Below, piece by piece: positions 11,511 to 24,724 of a DNA stretch of 64,000 nucleotides (the stretch's first letter is position 1; every line of letters starts with the position of its first letter). The position numbers were made by a program, and so were the translations under genes. The notes beneath the pieces were generated by a model. It did no database searches and had not been told where the DNA came from. It was given only the letters and a program-made list of their open reading frames with translations. The stretch is from Cellvibrionales bacterium (lineage in GTDB: Bacteria > Pseudomonadota > Gammaproteobacteria > Pseudomonadales > UBA7434), in contig JBELIP010000001.1 in the NCBI GenBank assembly GCA_042090785.1, positions 298,930 to 362,929 of the forward strand, written 5' to 3'.

Positions 11511-13055
11511 ATGCAACAGCTGAATCCATCTGAGATTAGCGAGATTATCAAACAGCGTATCGATCAACTGGACATCTCCAGTGAGGCGCGCAACGAAGGC
11601 ACAGTGGTTTCCGTTACTGACGGCATCATTCGAATTCACGGTTTAGCCGATGCTATGTACGGCGAGATGATTGAATTTGAAGGTGGCGTATACGGTTTAG
11701 CGCTTAACCTTGAGCGTGACTCTGTTGGCGCGGTAATTCTTGGCGACTATAAAAGTATTGCGGAAGGTCAATCTTGTCGCTGTACAGGTCGTATCCTTGA
11801 AGTGCCTGTTGGTCCAGAATTACAAGGTCGCGTTGTCGATGCACTCGGTAATCCTATTGACGGCAAAGGTCCTATTGAAGCGAAAGAAACCGACGCAATT
11901 GAAAAAGTTGCGCCAGGTGTTATCGCCAGACAATCGGTTGATCAGCCGGTACAAATTGGTTTAAAAGCAGTTGATGCCATGGTGCCGATTGGTCGTGGTC
12001 AGCGTGAGTTGATTATCGGTGATCGTCAGGTAGGTAAAACAGCGATTGCGGTAGATGCCATTATTAACCAAAAAGGCAAAGGCATAAAATGTGTCTATGT
12101 AGCTATTGGTCAAAAAGCAGCATCGGTTAACGCAGTTGTTCGTAAACTTGAAGAGCACGGCGCAATGGAGCATACCATTGTTGTTGCAGCAACAGCTTCG
12201 GATCCAGCGGCAATGCAGTTCTTAGCACCGTTTGCTGGTTGCACCATGGGTGAGTATTACCGTGACCGCGGCGAAGACGCCTTAATTATTTATGATGATT
12301 TAACTAAGCAAGCATGGGCTTATCGACAAATTTCTTTATTACTCCGTCGCCCACCAGGCCGAGAAGCTTACCCAGGTGATGTTTTCTACTTACACTCACG
12401 GTTATTAGAGCGTGCAGCGCGCGTAAATGCCGAGCATGTAGAAAATATTACTAACGGTGAAGTTAGGGGTAAGACTGGTTCACTAACCGCCCTACCCATT
12501 ATCGAAACACAGGCGGGTGATGTATCGGCATTCGTACCGACTAACGTTATCTCTATTACCGATGGTCAGATCTTCCTTGATACCGATCTGTTTAACGCCG
12601 GCGTACGTCCAGCGATGAACGCGGGTATTTCTGTATCGCGAGTAGGTGGTGCGGCACAGACTAAGATCATTAAAAAGCTATCAGGTGGTATTCGTACTGC
12701 ACTTGCGCAATATCGTGAGCTTGCAGCGTTTTCACAGTTTGCGTCTGACCTTGATGATGCGACTAAAGCGCAGCTTGATCATGGTGAGCGTGTTACAGAA
12801 TTAATGAAGCAGAAACAGTATGCGCCACAATCAATTGCTGAAATGGCGTTATTGATCTTTGCCGCCGATAACGATTTTCTTAACGACGTAAGTGTAGAAA
12901 AAATTGGTGACTTCGAAGATGCATTACTTTCTTATGCCCATTCAGAGCAAGGCGCATTGTTAGAGCAAGTTGCGACTAACGGTGGTTGGGATAAAGATAC
13001 TGAAGCTTCATTTAAGTCATTACTCGAGAACTTCAAGTCTACACAGACTTGGTAG
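11511..13055 (+). CDS. atpA: F0F1 ATP synthase subunit alpha
   Basis: 514-aa ORF with Walker [10 protein letters not shown] and full-length alpha-subunit similarity. Confidence 0.97.
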   Translation: MQQLNPSEISEIIKQRIDQLDISSEARNEGTVVSVTDGIIRIHGLADAMYGEMIEFEGGVYGLALNLERDSVGAVILGDYKSIAEGQSCRCTGRILEVPVGPELQGRVVDALGNPIDGKGPIEAKETDAIEKVAPGVIARQSVDQPVQIGLKAVDAMVPIGRGQRELIIGDRQVGKTAIAVDAIINQKGKGIKCVYVAIGQKAASVNAVVRKLEEHGAMEHTIVVAATASDPAAMQFLAPFAGCTMGEYYRDRGEDALIIYDDLTKQAWAYRQISLLLRRPPGREAYPGDVFYLHSRLLERAARVNAEHVENITNGEVRGKTGSLTALPIIETQAGDVSAFVPTNVISITDGQIFLDTDLFNAGVRPAMNAGISVSRVGGAAQTKIIKKLSGGIRTALAQYRELAAFSQFASDLDDATKAQLDHGERVTELMKQKQYAPQSIAEMALLIFAADNDFLNDVSVEKIGDFEDALLSYAHSEQGALLEQVATNGGWDKDTEASFKSLLENFKSTQTW

Positions 13056-13082
13056 TTAACGACTCAACGATAAGAGTAAAAC

Positions 13083-13946
13083 ATGGCTAGCGGAAAAGAG
13101 ATCCGGACGCAGATCACCAGTATCAAAAGCACTCAGAAAATTACCAGTGCAATGGAAATGGTGGCTGCGAGCAAAATGCGCAAAGCGCAAGAGCGAATGC
13201 AAAAAGGTAAGCCTTATTCAAAAAGAATTAAGGCGGTTGTCGGCCACCTTGCCAATTCAACACCTGAATATCGCCATATGTTCATGGAAGAGCGTGAAGT
13301 AAAGCGTGTTGGTTATATTGTTGTATCAACCGACCGTGGTTTATGTGGCGGTTTAAACATTAACTTGTTTAAACAAGCTATTGCCAGCATGAAAAACAAC
13401 TCTGACAACAATGTTGAAGTAGATTTATGTTTGGTTGGCGCTAAGGGAACTAGTTTTTTTAATTCTTACGGCGGCAACGTAGTTGCCTCTGTTCGTGATT
13501 TAGGTGAAGACCCAGCAGTCGTTGATTTAATTGGTAGCATCAAAGTAATGCTTGATGCCTATGAAGAAGGCAAGATCGATCGCTTATACTTAGTGAATAA
13601 TGAATTTGTAAACACCATGACTCAGCAGCCAGAAGTGGGGCAATTATTACCGCTGGCTTCTTTAGATGATGAGTCTATGAAACACCATTGGGATTATATT
13701 TATGAGCCCGACGCAAAAGATTTACTTGATGGCTTATTGCTTCGCTATATCGAATCATTAGTTTATCAAGCAGTAGTAGAAAACGGGGCTTGTGAGCAAG
13801 CAGCACGAATGATTGCAATGAAAAGCGCAACCGACAATGCTGGCGACCTTATTGATGACTTGCAGTTGGTTTACAACAAAGCACGTCAATCAGCAATTAC
13901 CCAAGAGCTTTCAGAAATTGTTAGTGGTGCAGCAGCAATTAGTTAA
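13083..13946 (+). CDS. atpG: F0F1 ATP synthase subunit gamma
   Basis: 287-aa ORF with the conserved N-terminus [30 protein letters not shown] and C-terminus [14 protein letters not shown]. Confidence 0.95.
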   Translation: MASGKEIRTQITSIKSTQKITSAMEMVAASKMRKAQERMQKGKPYSKRIKAVVGHLANSTPEYRHMFMEEREVKRVGYIVVSTDRGLCGGLNINLFKQAIASMKNNSDNNVEVDLCLVGAKGTSFFNSYGGNVVASVRDLGEDPAVVDLIGSIKVMLDAYEEGKIDRLYLVNNEFVNTMTQQPEVGQLLPLASLDDESMKHHWDYIYEPDAKDLLDGLLLRYIESLVYQAVVENGACEQAARMIAMKSATDNAGDLIDDLQLVYNKARQSAITQELSEIVSGAAAIS

Positions 13947-13972
13947 GCGCAGCATCAAGCAATTTTAATTAA

Positions 13973-15424
<1,452 letters not shown>

Positions 15425-15443
15425 ATCAGCAGGATAGATAAAC

Positions 15444-15866
15444 ATGGCAAGTATTCAATGTGACATCGTTAGTGCTGAGGAATCGATTTTCTCTGGCTCT
15501 GTCGAAATGATTATCGCTGCAGGCTTGCTGGGAGACTTAGGTATCTCGGCGGGTCACTCACCCTTGTTGACCGGTTTAAAACCAGGGCCAGTTCGAGTGA
15601 TCGGTGAAGATAAAGAAGAGCAAGTATTCTACGTTTCGGGCGGTTTTCTTGAAGTGCAACCTAACGCTATCACCGTTTTGGCTGATACTGCGGTGCGTGC
15701 TGAAGATATAGATGAAGCAGCAGCTTTAGAAGCACAGAAGCGTGCAGAGCAAGATGTTGTTAACCAGAGTGGAGAAATAGATTACTCTCGTGCTGCCGCT
15801 GAACTAGCCGCAGCTGTCGCTCAGCTAAGAACAATCCAGCAAATTAAGAAAAAGTTAGGTAATTAA
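15444..15866 (+). CDS. atpC: F0F1 ATP synthase subunit epsilon
   Basis: 140-aa ORF, last gene of the operon. Beta-sandwich N-terminal part plus a helical C-terminal part, typical of epsilon. Confidence 0.9.
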   Translation: MASIQCDIVSAEESIFSGSVEMIIAAGLLGDLGISAGHSPLLTGLKPGPVRVIGEDKEEQVFYVSGGFLEVQPNAITVLADTAVRAEDIDEAAALEAQKRAEQDVVNQSGEIDYSRAAAELAAAVAQLRTIQQIKKKLGN

Positions 15867-15891
15867 CAGCCTTTTTCACGTATGTAAGGCC

Positions 15892-15919
15892 AAAAAGGGT
15901 AGCAGCTGCTACCCTTTTT
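15892..15919 (+). terminator. Rho-independent terminator of the atp operon
   Basis: Perfect inverted repeat AAAAAGGGTAGCAGC / GCTGCTACCCTTTTT about 25 nt after the atpC stop, ending in a T-run. Confidence 0.85.
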
Positions 15920-15975
15920 AATGAGTAAGTTATAAATATGTGCAATAATTGATCAAAAAAATATAGGCAAACCCG

Positions 15976-17367
15976 TTGAATATAGATGTTGTTATTTTAG
16001 CTGCCGGACAAGGCAGTCGTATGCGTTCCCAAAAACCTAAAGTCTTGCATGCCATTGGTGGTAAGCCAATGTTGCAGCATGTTATTGATGCTGCTAAAGG
16101 CTTAGGTGATGAGAACAAGTACGAGATAGGTGTACATATTGTTGTTGGCCACGGTGCCGACCAAGTTAAGGCAAGCTTGGCAAGTCATGAACGATACAGT
16201 GACTGTAACTACATAGAGCAGCATGAACAGCTCGGAACAGCTCACGCGGTACTGCAAGCTTTACCCTCATTATCTTCAGGTTCAAAAACGCTCATTCTTT
16301 ACGGTGATGTGCCGTTAATAAAGACAGCGACGTTACAGGCTATGCTTGAGGCGGTTAATGACAGTGCTATGGCTGTGCTCACCGCCACACTTGATGATGC
16401 AACAGGGTATGGTCGTATTGTTCGCAATAACGACGGTGCTGTGGTATCCATTGTTGAGCATAAAGACGCTAGCCAAGAGCAGCTAAGCATTAATGAGATT
16501 AACACCGGCATTATGTGTATTCCGCAAAAATGCTTAGCGCAATGGCTACCTAATATTGGCAACAACAACGCACAAAAAGAATATTATCTGCCGGATGTTA
16601 TCGCAATGTCGGTAACAGATAAGGTAGCAATTAATGCTCCTAACCCAGCTTCTCTGTTTGAAATACAGGGCGTAAATAACCGCCTACAACTTGCAGAATT
16701 AGAGCGTGAATTTCAGCGTGAGCAAGCGAACCGACTAATGGTTGAAGGAGCTACTTTAGCAGACCCAGCACGAATAGACGTTCGTGGCGACGTAACCGTA
16801 GGTCAAGATGTCTTTATTGATATTAATGCGGTTTTACAAGGTGAAGTAGCTATTGGCGCCAATGTCAGAATTGGCCCCAACTGCGTTATTACTAATGCAA
16901 GCATTGCCGAAGGCACCACTATTTTAGCCAATAGTATTATTGAAGATGCAGTGATTGGCAAAGATTGCAACATCGGCCCATTTGCAAGACTACGCCCAGG
17001 TGCGAACCTTGGCAATGGCAGCAAAGTCGGTAACTTTGTAGAAATTAAAAATGCCCATTTGGGTGATGGCAGCAAAGTAAACCATCTCTCTTATGTGGGT
17101 GATGCAGCGATTGGTACAGACACCAATATTGGTGCCGGCACTATTACTTGCAACTATGATGGCGCAAATAAATTTAAAACTGTGATGGGCAATAATGTTT
17201 TTATTGGTTCAAATAGCACATTAGTTGCGCCAGTAGAAATTGCCGATGGTGGTTTTGTCGCAGCAGGATCAACCGTAACGCAAGCGGTACCCGCTGATAA
17301 TTTAGCGGTAGGCCGTGGACGACAAAGAAATATCACTGGGTGGAAAAAACCGGTTAAGAAAAAATGA
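15976..17367 (+). CDS. glmU: Bifunctional UDP-N-acetylglucosamine pyrophosphorylase / glucosamine-1-phosphate N-acetyltransferase GlmU
   Basis: 463-aa ORF with a TTG start, the nucleotidyltransferase motif LAAGQGSRM and C-terminal left-handed beta-helix hexapeptide repeats. glmS follows. Confidence 0.95.
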   Translation: MNIDVVILAAGQGSRMRSQKPKVLHAIGGKPMLQHVIDAAKGLGDENKYEIGVHIVVGHGADQVKASLASHERYSDCNYIEQHEQLGTAHAVLQALPSLSSGSKTLILYGDVPLIKTATLQAMLEAVNDSAMAVLTATLDDATGYGRIVRNNDGAVVSIVEHKDASQEQLSINEINTGIMCIPQKCLAQWLPNIGNNNAQKEYYLPDVIAMSVTDKVAINAPNPASLFEIQGVNNRLQLAELEREFQREQANRLMVEGATLADPARIDVRGDVTVGQDVFIDINAVLQGEVAIGANVRIGPNCVITNASIAEGTTILANSIIEDAVIGKDCNIGPFARLRPGANLGNGSKVGNFVEIKNAHLGDGSKVNHLSYVGDAAIGTDTNIGAGTITCNYDGANKFKTVMGNNVFIGSNSTLVAPVEIADGGFVAAGSTVTQAVPADNLAVGRGRQRNITGWKKPVKKK

Positions 17368-17416
17368 TAAGTTTTTATCACAATCAACAACAAACTAAAC
17401 AACGGAAAGTGGAATT

Positions 17417-19249
17417 ATGTGTGGAATTGTAGGGGCAGTAGCGCAGCGAGATATCGCAGCAATATTATTAGAAGGATTAAAGCGATTAGAGTATCGCGGA
17501 TATGATTCTGCTGGGCTCTCGGTTACTGATAAAGCGGGTGTTAACCAGCGCATACGTCGCGTAGGTAAAGTGCAAGCATTAGCAGATGCAGTAGCTGATG
17601 CTGGCGCGAAAGGCGGCACCGGTATTGCACATACACGTTGGGCAACGCATGGCGAACCGAATGAAAACAATGCTCACCCACATTTATCTAATGACCGTAT
17701 CACCATTGTTCACAACGGCATTATAGAAAACCATGAAGAATTGAGAGTGTCGTTAACGGCAAAAGGTTATACCTTTGTTACCGATACCGATAGTGAAGTG
17801 ATTTGCCATTTAATAAATGAAGAGTTAAAAAGTGCTGATTCGCTAGTAGCGGCAGTACAAAAAGCGGTTGTTCAACTTGATGGGGCTTACGGCACCGTGG
17901 TTATGGACAACAATGATCCTGACCGTTTAGTGGTAGCAAGATCGGGCAGCCCATTAGTTATTGGTTACGGCATTGGTGAGCATTTTGTTGCATCTGATCA
18001 GTTAGCCCTATTACCGGTAACGCGTCGTTTTGCTTTTCTTGAAGAAGGTGATGTTGCAGAAGTTACTCGTGAAGCAGTAAAAATATTCGATTGCGAAGGT
18101 ATACCTGTTGAGCGTGAAATAACCGAATCAACGGTCAGCCATGATACCGGTGACAAAGGAGCTTTCCGTCACTATATGCTCAAGGAAACCTACGAGCAAC
18201 CTATTGCTATTCAGCGAACACTAGAAGGCCGCTTAGAAGCGGGTAAAGTGTTAGATCGCACTTTTGGTGAGTCAGCAGAAAAGCTATTGCCCAGTGTTGA
18301 GCATGTTCAAATTATTGCTTGCGGTACCAGTTACCATGCAGGTATGACAGCGCGTTACTGGTTCGAAGAATTTGCTGGCGTATCGTGCAATGTAGAAATT
18401 GCATCCGAGTATCGTTATAGAAAATCCTTTGTTCGTCCTAACAGTTTGTTAGTAACCATTTCTCAGTCGGGTGAAACGGCTGATACTTTAGCGGCGTTGC
18501 GTTTAGCACAGCAACAGAACTACATGACGAGCCTGACGATTTGTAATGCACCAGGATCATCGTTAGTACGCGAATCCGATATGGCTTACATGATGGAAGC
18601 GGGTGTTGAAATTGGCGTTGCATCAACAAAAGCGTTTACTGTGCAGTTAACAGGTTTAATGATGTTAGCGACAGCCATTGGTCACCATAAAGGTTTATCG
18701 TCAGAAGCCGAAGCGAATATTGTTCAAGCACTACAAAGTTTACCAACAAAAATTGAACAAGCGTTATCGATGGATAGCGACATTGAAGCATTAGCAGAAG
18801 ATTTTGCTGATAAGCATCATAGCCTATTCTTAGGCCGTGGCGACCAATACCCTATTGCAATGGAAGGTGCGCTTAAGCTAAAAGAAATTTCTTATATTCA
18901 TGCCGAAGCTTATGCTGCAGGTGAATTAAAACATGGACCGTTAGCGTTAATTGATGCTGATATGCCGGTTATTGTGGTTGCACCGAATAATGAATTAGTT
19001 GAAAAACTAAAATCGAATGTTGAAGAGGTGCGCGCGCGTGGCGGATTGATGTATGTGTTTGCTGATAATGCAGCGGCATTTAAATCGGACGATACAATGA
19101 AGGTATTACATGTGCCCAGTTGTGACCCGTTGCTTGCACCCATTATCTATACTATTCCGTTACAGTTGCTGTCTTACCATGTTGCGATTATCAAAGGCAC
19201 GGATGTGGATCAGCCAAGAAACTTAGCCAAGTCGGTTACGGTAGAATAA
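17417..19249 (+). CDS. glmS: Glutamine--fructose-6-phosphate aminotransferase GlmS
   Basis: 610-aa ORF with the N-terminal nucleophile MCGIVG, two SIS domains and the C-terminal KSVTVE. Confidence 0.97.
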   Translation: MCGIVGAVAQRDIAAILLEGLKRLEYRGYDSAGLSVTDKAGVNQRIRRVGKVQALADAVADAGAKGGTGIAHTRWATHGEPNENNAHPHLSNDRITIVHNGIIENHEELRVSLTAKGYTFVTDTDSEVICHLINEELKSADSLVAAVQKAVVQLDGAYGTVVMDNNDPDRLVVARSGSPLVIGYGIGEHFVASDQLALLPVTRRFAFLEEGDVAEVTREAVKIFDCEGIPVEREITESTVSHDTGDKGAFRHYMLKETYEQPIAIQRTLEGRLEAGKVLDRTFGESAEKLLPSVEHVQIIACGTSYHAGMTARYWFEEFAGVSCNVEIASEYRYRKSFVRPNSLLVTISQSGETADTLAALRLAQQQNYMTSLTICNAPGSSLVRESDMAYMMEAGVEIGVASTKAFTVQLTGLMMLATAIGHHKGLSSEAEANIVQALQSLPTKIEQALSMDSDIEALAEDFADKHHSLFLGRGDQYPIAMEGALKLKEISYIHAEAYAAGELKHGPLALIDADMPVIVVAPNNELVEKLKSNVEEVRARGGLMYVFADNAAAFKSDDTMKVLHVPSCDPLLAPIIYTIPLQLLSYHVAIIKGTDVDQPRNLAKSVTVE

Positions 19250-19283
19250 AAAAATAAGAGCCGAACGGGTAGAGCGAATAATT

Positions 19284-20687
19284 TTAAGCTAAGGCGAGTT
19301 TTTCGTTTTTCTTTTCTGCCATTTGTTTGCGGGTTTCTTCAATGTCAGCGTTAGTGCGCTGCTTGGTAATTCCAGGAATACCAACACGCAATAGTTTAGT
19401 GATTTCTGTTCTTGGTAGGGCTTCACTTAAATAGAACCCTTGAATGGTGTCGCAGCCTAACTGTTGTAACAAGTCGGCATGCTCCGCATTCTCAACCCCT
19501 TCTGCCACTACACGCATATCTAATGCATGAGCCACATCAATAATGGCTTGAGTAATTGCTACATCAACTTTGTTATCCAGTAAATTGGCAATAAACATTT
19601 GGTCAATTTTTAAAATATCGACGGGCAATGTTTTTAACAATTTAAACGTTGAATAACCAGTACCAAAATCATCAATCGCAATTTCAATACCCATATCGCG
19701 TAAACCAGTTAAGGTTTCTGAAGTCTTTCCTAGCGTGTCTAGAATTAATGACTCGGTCAGCTCAATAATTAACTGCTCTGGTGGAAAGCCAGTACGCTTT
19801 AAAATGCGCTTAATCTGTACCAACATATCCTGACGGATAAGCTGTTTAGCAGAAAGGTTTACTGCGATCTTTGCATGCGGCACGCCTTCTTCAATCCATT
19901 TGGCGCCATGTCTACAGGCGGTCTCTAATACCATTTCACCAATGCCAGAAATTAACCCTGCGCTTTCGGCAATAGGAATAAACTCATTTGGTGAAACCCA
20001 ACCTAAATCATCATGCTTCCAGCGGACCAATGCTTCAATCGAAGTAATATGGCCGGTGGCTAGATTCATTTTTGGTTGATAGTGAACGGTTAGATCTTTG
20101 CGTGATATAGCATGACGTAATTCAATTTCTAAATTTAAACGGCGAAGCGATGGCGCGTTAGATGCGCTGCGCGTAAAGAACTTAACACTATCACCACCTA
20201 CCGTTTTTGCATTTTGTAATGCACTAATCGCTTGGTGCAATAACGTTTGCTCGTTATCGGCTTTATTCGGGTAAAGACTAATGCCAATACTGGCCGCAGT
20301 CATTAATTCTTGCTGGTCAATAAATACTGGCTTACGAATAACGTTTAATAAACGGTTGCCCAGCTGACGCAGTTGCGATGCGTTATCAATACCTTCGCTT
20401 AACACGGCGTATTCATCCGAACCCAAATGCATGAGTAAGTGATCGCCATTAAGTGCATGCGTTAGTCGGTCGGTAGTCACATCAAGAAATTGCTGTCCCA
20501 CTTCTGGGCCAAGCGTTGAGGTAATCGTGTTGAAGCGATCAAGATCAATAAACAATAACGCAAGCGATTTTTGACGGAGCCGTGCCCGTGCGATGGCAAG
20601 CTGCAATCGCTGTTTGATGTCTATACGGCCTGCCAATAGTTTGGCATTTTCGAAAGCCGTGGCACCATAAAAAGTATCAGTACTCAA
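19284..20687 (-). CDS. Cyclic-di-GMP phosphodiesterase: degenerate GGDEF domain + intact EAL domain, with no sensor or TM domain
   Basis: 467-aa ORF. The GGDEF position reads LGSDEY. EAL-domain catalytic motifs are all present (SIEALVRW, NLSAKQL, ELTES, IAIDDFGTGYS, LKIDQMF, AEGVEN, QGFY). Confidence 0.85.
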   Translation of the reverse strand: MSTDTFYGATAFENAKLLAGRIDIKQRLQLAIARARLRQKSLALLFIDLDRFNTITSTLGPEVGQQFLDVTTDRLTHALNGDHLLMHLGSDEYAVLSEGIDNASQLRQLGNRLLNVIRKPVFIDQQELMTAASIGISLYPNKADNEQTLLHQAISALQNAKTVGGDSVKFFTRSASNAPSLRRLNLEIELRHAISRKDLTVHYQPKMNLATGHITSIEALVRWKHDDLGWVSPNEFIPIAESAGLISGIGEMVLETACRHGAKWIEEGVPHAKIAVNLSAKQLIRQDMLVQIKRILKRTGFPPEQLIIELTESLILDTLGKTSETLTGLRDMGIEIAIDDFGTGYSTFKLLKTLPVDILKIDQMFIANLLDNKVDVAITQAIIDVAHALDMRVVAEGVENAEHADLLQQLGCDTIQGFYLSEALPRTEITKLLRVGIPGITKQRTNADIEETRKQMAEKKNEKLALA

Positions 20688-20906
20688 GCTAAATGGTCTT
20701 GCATGGTGAAACCTCTACAACAGTGCGCCTATTAAACGCGACACTTACGCACTTGTGCAAGCGAATAACTCGTTAAAAAACAATAATTACCAACTATTTC
20801 TTAAAAAAGTTAGCATGTCTATAAATCACACGGTATATTGCTCCGCGTGGTTTTTATTAAGCGGTTTTCAACATTATTTAACTCTTTGACGTAACAAAAA
20901 ACGCCG

Positions 20907-23060
20907 ATGGATGTTTCACGAATTCTTGATTCTTTAAACAGCGCTCAACGCGACGCTGTTTCTTGCGATAAAAAAAGTGTGTTAGTACTCGCTGGTGCTG
21001 GAAGCGGCAAAACCAGAGTGCTGGTGCACCGTATTGCTTGGTTATTACAGGTGCAAGGTGTATCACCCTCGTCGGTTATGTCAGTAACCTTTACAAATAA
21101 AGCCGCTAAAGAAATGCGCTCACGTATTGGTGAGTTGCTGCAAATAACCCCGCAAGGCATGTGGGTAGGGACTTTTCATGGTATCGCGCACCGTTTATTA
21201 AAAGCACATTGGCAAGATGCGGGCTTACCCGAAAATTTTCAAATTATAGATAGCGATGACCAGTTACGCATGGTTAAACGTTTATTAAAAGAACACGAGC
21301 TTGATGAAACGCGCTTTTCACCTAAATCTATACAGTGGTATATCAATGGTCATAAAGACGAAGGACGGCGCGCTAAACACATTGATCACCATGATGACCC
21401 TTATGAAAAAACACTGATTCAAGTCTATTTGGCCTATGAAGCGGCCTGCGAACGATCGGGGCAGGTTGATTTTGGTGAGCTATTATTGCGTGCGCATGAG
21501 CTTTGGTTGAATAAACCGTCGGTGTTAAACCACTACCAGCAGCGCTTTCAATACATATTAGTTGATGAGTTTCAAGATACCAACACGATTCAATATGCAT
21601 GGTTACGCGTGCTTGCAGGCAATAACAGCACCATTACCGTAGTAGGCGATGACGACCAATCTATTTATGGTTGGCGTGGTGCAAAAATTGAAAATATCCA
21701 ACAGTTTAGCGAAGACTTTCCAGGCACCGAGACCGTTAAGCTGGAGCAAAACTACCGCTCCACTTCATGTATTCTTGATGCCGCGAATGCCGTCATTGCC
21801 AATAACCCTAGCCGCTTAGGTAAAGAGCTATGGACTGATGGCGAGGCTGGCGATCCTATTTCGTTATACGCAGCTTTTAATGAACAAGACGAAGCACGCT
21901 TTATTGTTGAGCGGATAGAAGAGCATGTTAGTGATGACTTACTTCGAGCAGAGCAGGCAATATTATACCGTTCTAATGCCCAGTCACGGGTATTAGAGGA
22001 AGAGTTAATTCGCACGGGTATACCTTATCGCATTTATGGTGGCCAGCGATTCTATGACCGTTTAGAAATAAAAAATGCGGTAGCGTATTTGCGTTTAGCA
22101 CATGGCCGTGATGATGATGCCGCGTTTGAGCGAGTGGTTAATACGCCCACGCGAGGCATTGGCAATAAGACGGTAGAGGCTTTAAGGCTTCGTGCTCGCG
22201 AATCCAATATATCGTTATGGCGCGCGGCCGAGCAATTGCTGGCCGACGGCAGTTTAACCAAGCGAGCCATGACCGCCCTGCAAAATTTTATGGCGCTAAT
22301 TAATGATTGTGGCGAAGCATCAAGAACGCTTAGTTTGGAAGACTTGGCTTCTTTTATTCTAGAGGCCAGCGACTTGATGGCTTTTCATGGCAAAGAGACT
22401 GGCGAAAAAGGGCAAGCGCGCATTGAGAATTTACAAGAATTAGTTAATGCTACGCGACAGTTTGAGCCAGAGGGTGATGACAGTACTGCGCTGCGAGAAT
22501 TTCTTGATACAGCAGCGCTCGATTCCGGCGAACAGCAAGCGGATGAATATACCGATGCCGTGCAATTAATGACCCTGCACTCAGCCAAAGGCCTTGAATT
22601 TCCAGTAGTCTATCTTGCCGGCATTGAAGAAAACCTTTTCCCGCATAAAATGTCAGTAGAAGAGCCGGGCCGCTTAGAAGAAGAGCGACGACTTTGCTAT
22701 GTGGGTATTACGCGAGCAATGAAGTATCTGTATTTAACTTATGCAGAAACACGTCGTTGGTATGGTCAAGAATCTTATAATGCGGTGTCGCGCTTTGTTC
22801 GTGAAATTCCCGATACTTGTATTGAAGAAATTCGTGTTAAAGCCAATATTAGTCAGCCATTAAGTGCCGGTATGTCTTATGCCTCCTCCGATCATGACAC
22901 GGGTTTATTATTAGGCCAGCGTGTTATGCACAGTGTGTTTGGCGAAGGTATTGTACTTAATATCGAGGGGCAGGGTAGCAATGCTCGCGTGCAAGTCAAT
23001 TTTGATCAAGAAGGCAGTAAGTGGTTAGTGGCTGCCTATGCCAACCTTAATAGTATTTAA
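20907..23060 (+). CDS. uvrD: DNA helicase II UvrD
   Basis: 717-aa ORF with SF1 helicase motifs AGAGSGKTRV, DEFQDTN, VVGDDDQSIYGWRGA, YRSN and TLHSAKGLEF. Confidence 0.93.
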   Translation: MDVSRILDSLNSAQRDAVSCDKKSVLVLAGAGSGKTRVLVHRIAWLLQVQGVSPSSVMSVTFTNKAAKEMRSRIGELLQITPQGMWVGTFHGIAHRLLKAHWQDAGLPENFQIIDSDDQLRMVKRLLKEHELDETRFSPKSIQWYINGHKDEGRRAKHIDHHDDPYEKTLIQVYLAYEAACERSGQVDFGELLLRAHELWLNKPSVLNHYQQRFQYILVDEFQDTNTIQYAWLRVLAGNNSTITVVGDDDQSIYGWRGAKIENIQQFSEDFPGTETVKLEQNYRSTSCILDAANAVIANNPSRLGKELWTDGEAGDPISLYAAFNEQDEARFIVERIEEHVSDDLLRAEQAILYRSNAQSRVLEEELIRTGIPYRIYGGQRFYDRLEIKNAVAYLRLAHGRDDDAAFERVVNTPTRGIGNKTVEALRLRARESNISLWRAAEQLLADGSLTKRAMTALQNFMALINDCGEASRTLSLEDLASFILEASDLMAFHGKETGEKGQARIENLQELVNATRQFEPEGDDSTALREFLDTAALDSGEQQADEYTDAVQLMTLHSAKGLEFPVVYLAGIEENLFPHKMSVEEPGRLEEERRLCYVGITRAMKYLYLTYAETRRWYGQESYNAVSRFVREIPDTCIEEIRVKANISQPLSAGMSYASSDHDTGLLLGQRVMHSVFGEGIVLNIEGQGSNARVQVNFDQEGSKWLVAAYANLNSI

Positions 23061-23072
23061 AGAGATAACCCT

Positions 23073-24173
23073 ATGAGCAAGTTTATTAAGTCAGCTTTAT
23101 TGTGTGCAACGATAATTCTGTTAGCAGCCTGTGGCGGCAGCAGTGAAAGCAATCAAGGCGCGGAGGCCGCTGATCATGTTCAACAGCAAAGCTATCAGTG
23201 GAAGCTAGTGACAACGTGGCCGAAAAATTTTCCTGGTTTAGGTGTGGCGCCAGAAAACTTTGCCAAGCTCGTTAACCGTATGAGTAATGGTCGTTTGAGT
23301 ATAAAGGTTTATGCCGCTGGTGAAATTGTGCCTGCTTTAGAAGTGTTTAGTGCGGTATCGAACGGTACAGCACAAATGGGTCATGGCGCAGCGTATTATT
23401 GGAAAGGCAAAATACCCGCTGCACCTTTGTTCACCTCTGTACCTTTTGGTTTAAACGCCCAAGAAATGAATGGCTGGCTGTATCACGGTGGTGGCATGGA
23501 ATTATGGCGCGAGCTTTACGCACCATATAACTTAGTCCCCATGGCTGGCGGTAATACTGGCATACAAATGGGCGGCTGGTTTAATAAAGAATTAAATACG
23601 ATTGAAGATTTTAAAGGCTTAAAAATGCGTATCCCAGGTTTAGGGGGCGAAGTGTTTACACGAGCTGGTGGTACGGCTGTCAATATGCCGGGCGGCGAAA
23701 TTTATACCTCATTGCAAACCGGTGTTATTGATGCGGCAGAGTGGGTTGCACCCTATAACGATTTAGCATTTGGTTTTAATAATGTCGCCAAATACTATTA
23801 TTATCCTGGCTGGCATGAGCCAGGCCCAACCATTGAGTTAATTGTAAATAAAGAGGCTTTGCAATTACTGCCTGATGATTTGGTTGCAATTATAGAATCA
23901 GCAGCACGTACCATTAATCAAGATATGTTAGATGAGTACACATCACGCAATAACGCAGCGCTTATCGTGCTGCAAGAAAAAGGAGTAGAGATACGTCGAT
24001 ATCCTGACGAAGTGTTGCAAGTGTTACGCGAAACGGCAAAAGCAGTAATGGAAGAAAACGCCAATAACGATGAAATGTTTAAAAAGGTGTATGCCTCTTA
24101 TGATGCATACCGTAAAAGCGCAACGGCGTATCATCAAATTAGCGAGCGCGCCTATTACGATATTAGGGACTAG
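23073..24173 (+). CDS. TRAP transporter substrate-binding protein (DctP family, lipoprotein)
   Basis: 366-aa ORF with a lipobox signal peptide (ILLAAC). DctP-type SBP sequence of the COG4663-like subgroup (my recognition only). The matching Q and M genes lie nearby on the opposite strand. Confidence 0.8.
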   Translation: MSKFIKSALLCATIILLAACGGSSESNQGAEAADHVQQQSYQWKLVTTWPKNFPGLGVAPENFAKLVNRMSNGRLSIKVYAAGEIVPALEVFSAVSNGTAQMGHGAAYYWKGKIPAAPLFTSVPFGLNAQEMNGWLYHGGGMELWRELYAPYNLVPMAGGNTGIQMGGWFNKELNTIEDFKGLKMRIPGLGGEVFTRAGGTAVNMPGGEIYTSLQTGVIDAAEWVAPYNDLAFGFNNVAKYYYYPGWHEPGPTIELIVNKEALQLLPDDLVAIIESAARTINQDMLDEYTSRNNAALIVLQEKGVEIRRYPDEVLQVLRETAKAVMEENANNDEMFKKVYASYDAYRKSATAYHQISERAYYDIRD

Positions 24174-24204
24174 CTATATTTACAGCTTCTGGCTCAAGGG
24201 TTAG

Positions 24205-24594
24205 CTATTTAACTGCTCGAGTTCGGCCGTTATTATCAATAGAGACAAAGACAAATAAGCCTTCGGTCACTTTGATTTTTTCGCCGGCAATGCCGTTATC
24301 AATCCATACTTCTACTAACACTTGAATTGAGCTTCGGCCAACACTAATAACTTCGGTATAGCAACCAACAACAGCGCCAACATGCACAGGCACCAAAAAA
24401 TTCATATTATCTATGGCAACCGTGGCCACACGGCCACCAGCGACTTTACCCGCAGCAACGCCAGCGGCAATATCCATCTGTGATAAGAGCCAGCCGCCAA
24501 AAATATCGCCATTGGCGTTTGTATCTTTTGGCATTGCGATAGTCTGAAGCGACATTTCGCCGTTAGGTGTAGGGTTGTCGTCATTAGCATTCAT
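24205..24594 (-). CDS. yciA: Acyl-CoA thioester hydrolase YciA (hotdog fold)
   Basis: Strong resemblance to E. coli YciA (LQTIAMPKDTNANGDIFGGWLLSQMDIA). I trimmed the start to the Met of MNANDD at 24594, which gives 129 aa; the ORF-track start at 24624 adds 10 residues. Confidence 0.85.
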   Translation of the reverse strand: MNANDDNPTPNGEMSLQTIAMPKDTNANGDIFGGWLLSQMDIAAGVAAGKVAGGRVATVAIDNMNFLVPVHVGAVVGCYTEVISVGRSSIQVLVEVWIDNGIAGEKIKVTEGLFVFVSIDNNGRTRAVK

Positions 24595-24724
24595 GAGAAT
24601 AAAACTCTTTATAAATAAAACCAATAGAAAGCAGCGGTTTAGATTGCTTGTGCGTTTATAGCTGTTACAACCAATAGTACATGCGATAACAACAAAAAGT
24701 ATTACTACAAATACCTAGATGGTA

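Noticed and set aside
20816-20830. Possible LexA (SOS) box upstream of uvrD
   Set aside because: The sequence is TGT-N9-ACA (ATGTCTATAAATCACAC). The spacing is wrong for CTGT-N8-ACAG and the flanking C/G are missing.
20912-20920. parS-like sequence TGTTTCACG at the start of uvrD
   Set aside because: It is only a half-site. The second half (GTGAAACA) is absent (the sequence continues AATTCTTG), so it is not a 16-bp parS palindrome. I did not spot a full parS by eye anywhere in the window, but a pattern search should confirm this.
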